Below are positions 62,825 through 64,000 of a stretch of 64,000 bases of DNA, one piece after another. Location of the stretch: positions 101,370,001 to 101,434,000 of the forward strand of contig NW_026262734.1 in the NCBI RefSeq assembly GCF_021869535.1, given 5' to 3'. Source of the DNA: Mytilus californianus (Eukaryota). The number at the start of each line of letters is the position of its first letter. Position 1 is the stretch's first letter. The position numbers and the translations under genes are program-made. The notes beneath the pieces are model-generated. The model saw only the letters and a list, made by a program, of their open reading frames with translations, was not told the DNA's origin and made no database searches.

Positions 62825-63599
62825 CAATGCATGCAGATGCGGAAACGGATAGTAAAACTCGGTTTTTATAGTTTTAAAACTTGCATAATTAAATACCCTT
62901 TTGGTGACAAAATTTGAACTGAATTTACATTTTTAGTATTCAATTTTAATCTCCTTGCTGTTATGTATGACCTTATTGGACATTTCAGCAAAATAGAGAG
63001 TGTTTGTAGGAGTCGAGAGTCCATGTACGGTTCGGAGTTTAAGATAGCAAACTACATTTCCGTTCATGATTGCGTAATCACAAATTGGAAAACTGCCTTG
63101 CTCTAGGTTAGTAGGTTTGTAACTACTTTACATTTTAAGTATCAATATCAGACACAAAAAACCTCCTACGTCAAACTTTTAATGACAGGTACACTTTGTT
63201 TTTGACAAGGTACCATATAAAAGACTTCTCAACAAAATGTTACTGAAATATTTTGGTCTTTCAAAAGACAAATAAGAAGTATAAATTGTGTGTTCTTTCC
63301 TTTCTCAGAAAGTTTCTGTTAAACAGGACACACAGACAAGATCAAGAAAAATACCCGCTATGGAGGCATGATACATGTACAATGATGTATGTCACCTCAT
63401 CATGATCTGCTCATAATCAGTCTGCCCCCTACATGTACATGCCCTAGTCCAAATAATTATGACGTCTTTGAAGGCTATTTTAAATTTTTGCTTTGACGCC
63501 TTCCTGCGACCGATGTAAGGCGTCAAAGAAAAAAAATATAATAGCCTTTCAAGACGTCATAATTATTTGGACTATCTGCCCCCCAAAGAAATATGGTAA

Positions 63600-63990
63600 C
63601 AAAATTAAAAAGAAAATCGGTGAATATTTGTTTTCAAGAAAGATGTGCTGGAGGACAAAAATGTAAACACTTTTGTAGTACAGTTAAACCATTTCTCTCT
63701 AAAAAAAAGTCTAACTGCAGCCAACAAAAAATTGTACTAGTGGACGAAAATAAAATTTTAAACAACACTAAAGATGTTTGTGACAACTTTAATACTTTTT
63801 TTGTTAATGTTGCCAATTAATGACATAGTCAAAGGTACTATTTTTGAAGAAAAAACACACCCTAGTATTTTGGAAATTAAAGCTAACATGCAACATGATA
63901 AATTTTTTGATTTTAAACCTATACAATAGAATATTTTTATTTCCCAAATTACAGGGCCCATAAAGGGCATAAAATCAGATACAATTGATT
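63600..63990 (+). mobile_element. LINE ORF2 remnant (endonuclease-RT linker region)
   Basis: VKPFLSKK...KIVLVDENKILNNTKDVCDNFNTFFVNVAN and HPSILEIK...FFDFKPI, typical of the EN-RT linker in CR1/L2-group LINEs. Frameshifted. Confidence 0.7.
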
Positions 63991-64000
63991 TACATAATTG

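Overview
AT-rich, repeat-dense eukaryotic genomic DNA. The repeat families and gene content look like a bivalve mollusc, most likely a Mytilus mussel (recognition from memory, not a search result). Real genes are spliced, so most of the supplied ORF track is noise. Supported host genes: a KCTD7/14-like BTB gene (+, 5417-7266), a complete 6-exon NIF3L1 (-, 49321-55876), and two paralogous 4-exon genes absent from the ORF track (A 10939-14815, B 33086-38932, both +). A and B encode secreted, strongly cationic proteins of 142 and 136 aa, each with three 4-cysteine modules, one module per exon. I cannot assign them to a family I know, and they are the most interesting signal here. Exons 3-4 of gene B recur in a ~5.5-5.9 kb tandem duplication (35730-41620 / 41624-47076). 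Between A and B lie a Ngaro/DIRS ORF1 remnant and a 7.9 kb decayed Polinton/Maverick (21392-29313, 6-bp TSD GCTTGT) carrying two nested insertions. The right end holds two related foldback MULE elements and a LINE remnant. Many MITE-, SINE- and Penelope-like fragments are scattered throughout.
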